Origin: Mytilus californianus
Taxonomy: Eukaryota
Length of the DNA stretch: 64,000 nucleotides
Reading direction: 5' to 3'
Assembly (NCBI RefSeq): GCF_021869535.1
Contig: NW_026262593.1
Coordinates: 32,054,001-32,118,000, forward strand
A program made the translations under genes and the position numbers. The notes beneath the pieces are model-generated. The model did no database searches and had not been told where the DNA came from. It worked only from the letters and a program-made list of their open reading frames with translations. How positions within the stretch are numbered: the first letter of the stretch is position 1; the number at the start of each line of letters is the position of its first letter. Below, in pieces: positions 62,735-64,000 of the stretch.

Positions 62735-62945
62735 GTAACGAATAGATCTAGATCTTGTATTATATGATAAAGATGGTTTTAGACACTACTAAAGATAAGG
62801 TCTGAGGCAGGATAAAGAATAGGAAGAGGTGGTATGAATGCCAATGAGATATGTTCTGGTTTTTGCATATTTTAGAGATCACCTTATTAGATACTAAAAC
62901 CAACTAATTTTTATACGTGATTTATTTTTCATGTTCATCCCGAGT

Positions 62946-63253
62946 TGAAAATAAAGCTTAATATGAAATGTCATGGACTCATAGATAGGCTAAAAAAAAA
63001 TCTAAATATAAAATGTCCTGGACTCATGGATATGTTGAAAATAAAAGCTGAATATAAATGTCCTGGACTCATGGATATGTTGAAAAATAAAGCTAAATAT
63101 AAAATGTCCTGGACTCGTGGATATGTTGAAAAGTAAAGCTAAATATAAAATGTCCTGGACTCATGGATATGTTGAAAAATAAAGCTAAATATAAAATGTC
63201 CTGGACTCGTGGATATGTTGAAAAATAAGTCTAAATATAAAATGTCATGGATA
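62946..63253 (+). repeat. Minisatellite, ~46-bp unit, about 6.5 copies, intronic
   Basis: Unit aaaataaagctaaatataaaatgtcctggactc(a/g)tggatatgttg. Confidence 0.9.
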
Positions 63254-64000
63254 TATACCCTGGTATGTGAAACTTAGATCTTCTCTTTTACAAATGCATC
63301 AACAAAGTTAAATATTTGCAAAAAAAGTTTTCTAAAAACAAGCTTAAGTTACATTAAATGATAATCCTAGAATAATAAGTTGGTTTTCAGTTGTTCAGTA
63401 TATTGAAATTATTAATGATTCTTTGGGATAGACGCATAAACATGTGATTGATACTATTAAAAGTAAATAAAAATAAAAATCTACCTGAAGATATTTGAGG
63501 GGTAGACAGGGGTAAGGGAAAATGGGGATGACATTTTAGCATATGAAAAAAAAAATCAGAGATGTTCTGTACCTATTTAATTTGGCTATATTTTTCATTC
63601 TTGAATTTGCAGGTCACAGGCACACAAGAGCACTTACCATGATTTCATTGTGTGGAGGGTTAGGTTGCACATTGCATATAATGTAGTTCTTTTACCAGTA
63701 GGAAGGTAATTTATTGGCCTCTACATAATCATTTATTTTCATAAAGCATGTAAATGATATTCATTGAATGAAAAAATACCCAATGTCAATGAGAATTTAT
63801 GCATAATGTAATTTCTTTTTTAAAATACAAGCTTAAACTTCTTTTCCTTGTTGTTTTGTGATATGTATTTTTCAGCAGTGTTTTTTTTTAAGTCCAGCAC
63901 CTTTTAGACATGCAATTGGTGTACACCAAAGTAAGTTTTGATAAAAAATAAAAATACAACCAATAAATGTTAAAACAGTTGTTACTTGTGACTAGTAGAA

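Noticed and set aside
62945-63136. 63-aa repetitive ORF
   Set aside because: It is a translation of the minisatellite.
247-63136. The remaining 60-130-aa ORFs in the track
   Set aside because: They use non-ATG starts, have low-complexity AT-rich composition, are antisense shadows of real exons or lie inside repeats; there is no coding evidence.

Overview
AT-rich, intron-containing animal genomic DNA. It is very probably a bivalve, and the repeat families and hammerhead repeats point to a mussel such as Mytilus (inference). Four host genes were reconstructed by hand from GT-AG boundaries and reading phase, all on the + strand: (1) a 7-exon, highly diverged eIF4G-type MIF4G-domain gene (3191-9680, 5' end not found) that the ORF track misses almost entirely; (2) a 6-exon ankyrin-repeat gene (14086-23186) ending in a CaaX box; (3) a PAN/apple + C-type lectin gene with an uninterrupted CDS (47859-48572), plus a paralogous 3' fragment at 29270-29422; (4) a PARP14/PARP9-like macrodomain gene (55315 to beyond the window end). 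The mobile DNA is unusually rich. A 356-nt non-LTR retrozyme has two minimal type-I hammerhead ribozymes, and further solo hammerheads show compensatory stem changes. There is a fossil protein-primed PolB (Polinton/adintovirus-like). A Crypton tyrosine-recombinase element heads a tandem array of units separated by ~160-bp hairpins. A full-length CR1-group LINE (SGNH esterase ORF1; 2A-like motif, PHD, APE, RT) is inserted in frame into that recombinase. An unclassified TIR transposon has a 6-bp TSD. Many MITEs, HINEs and SINEs are also present. All homology calls come from reading motifs by eye; no database search was run.
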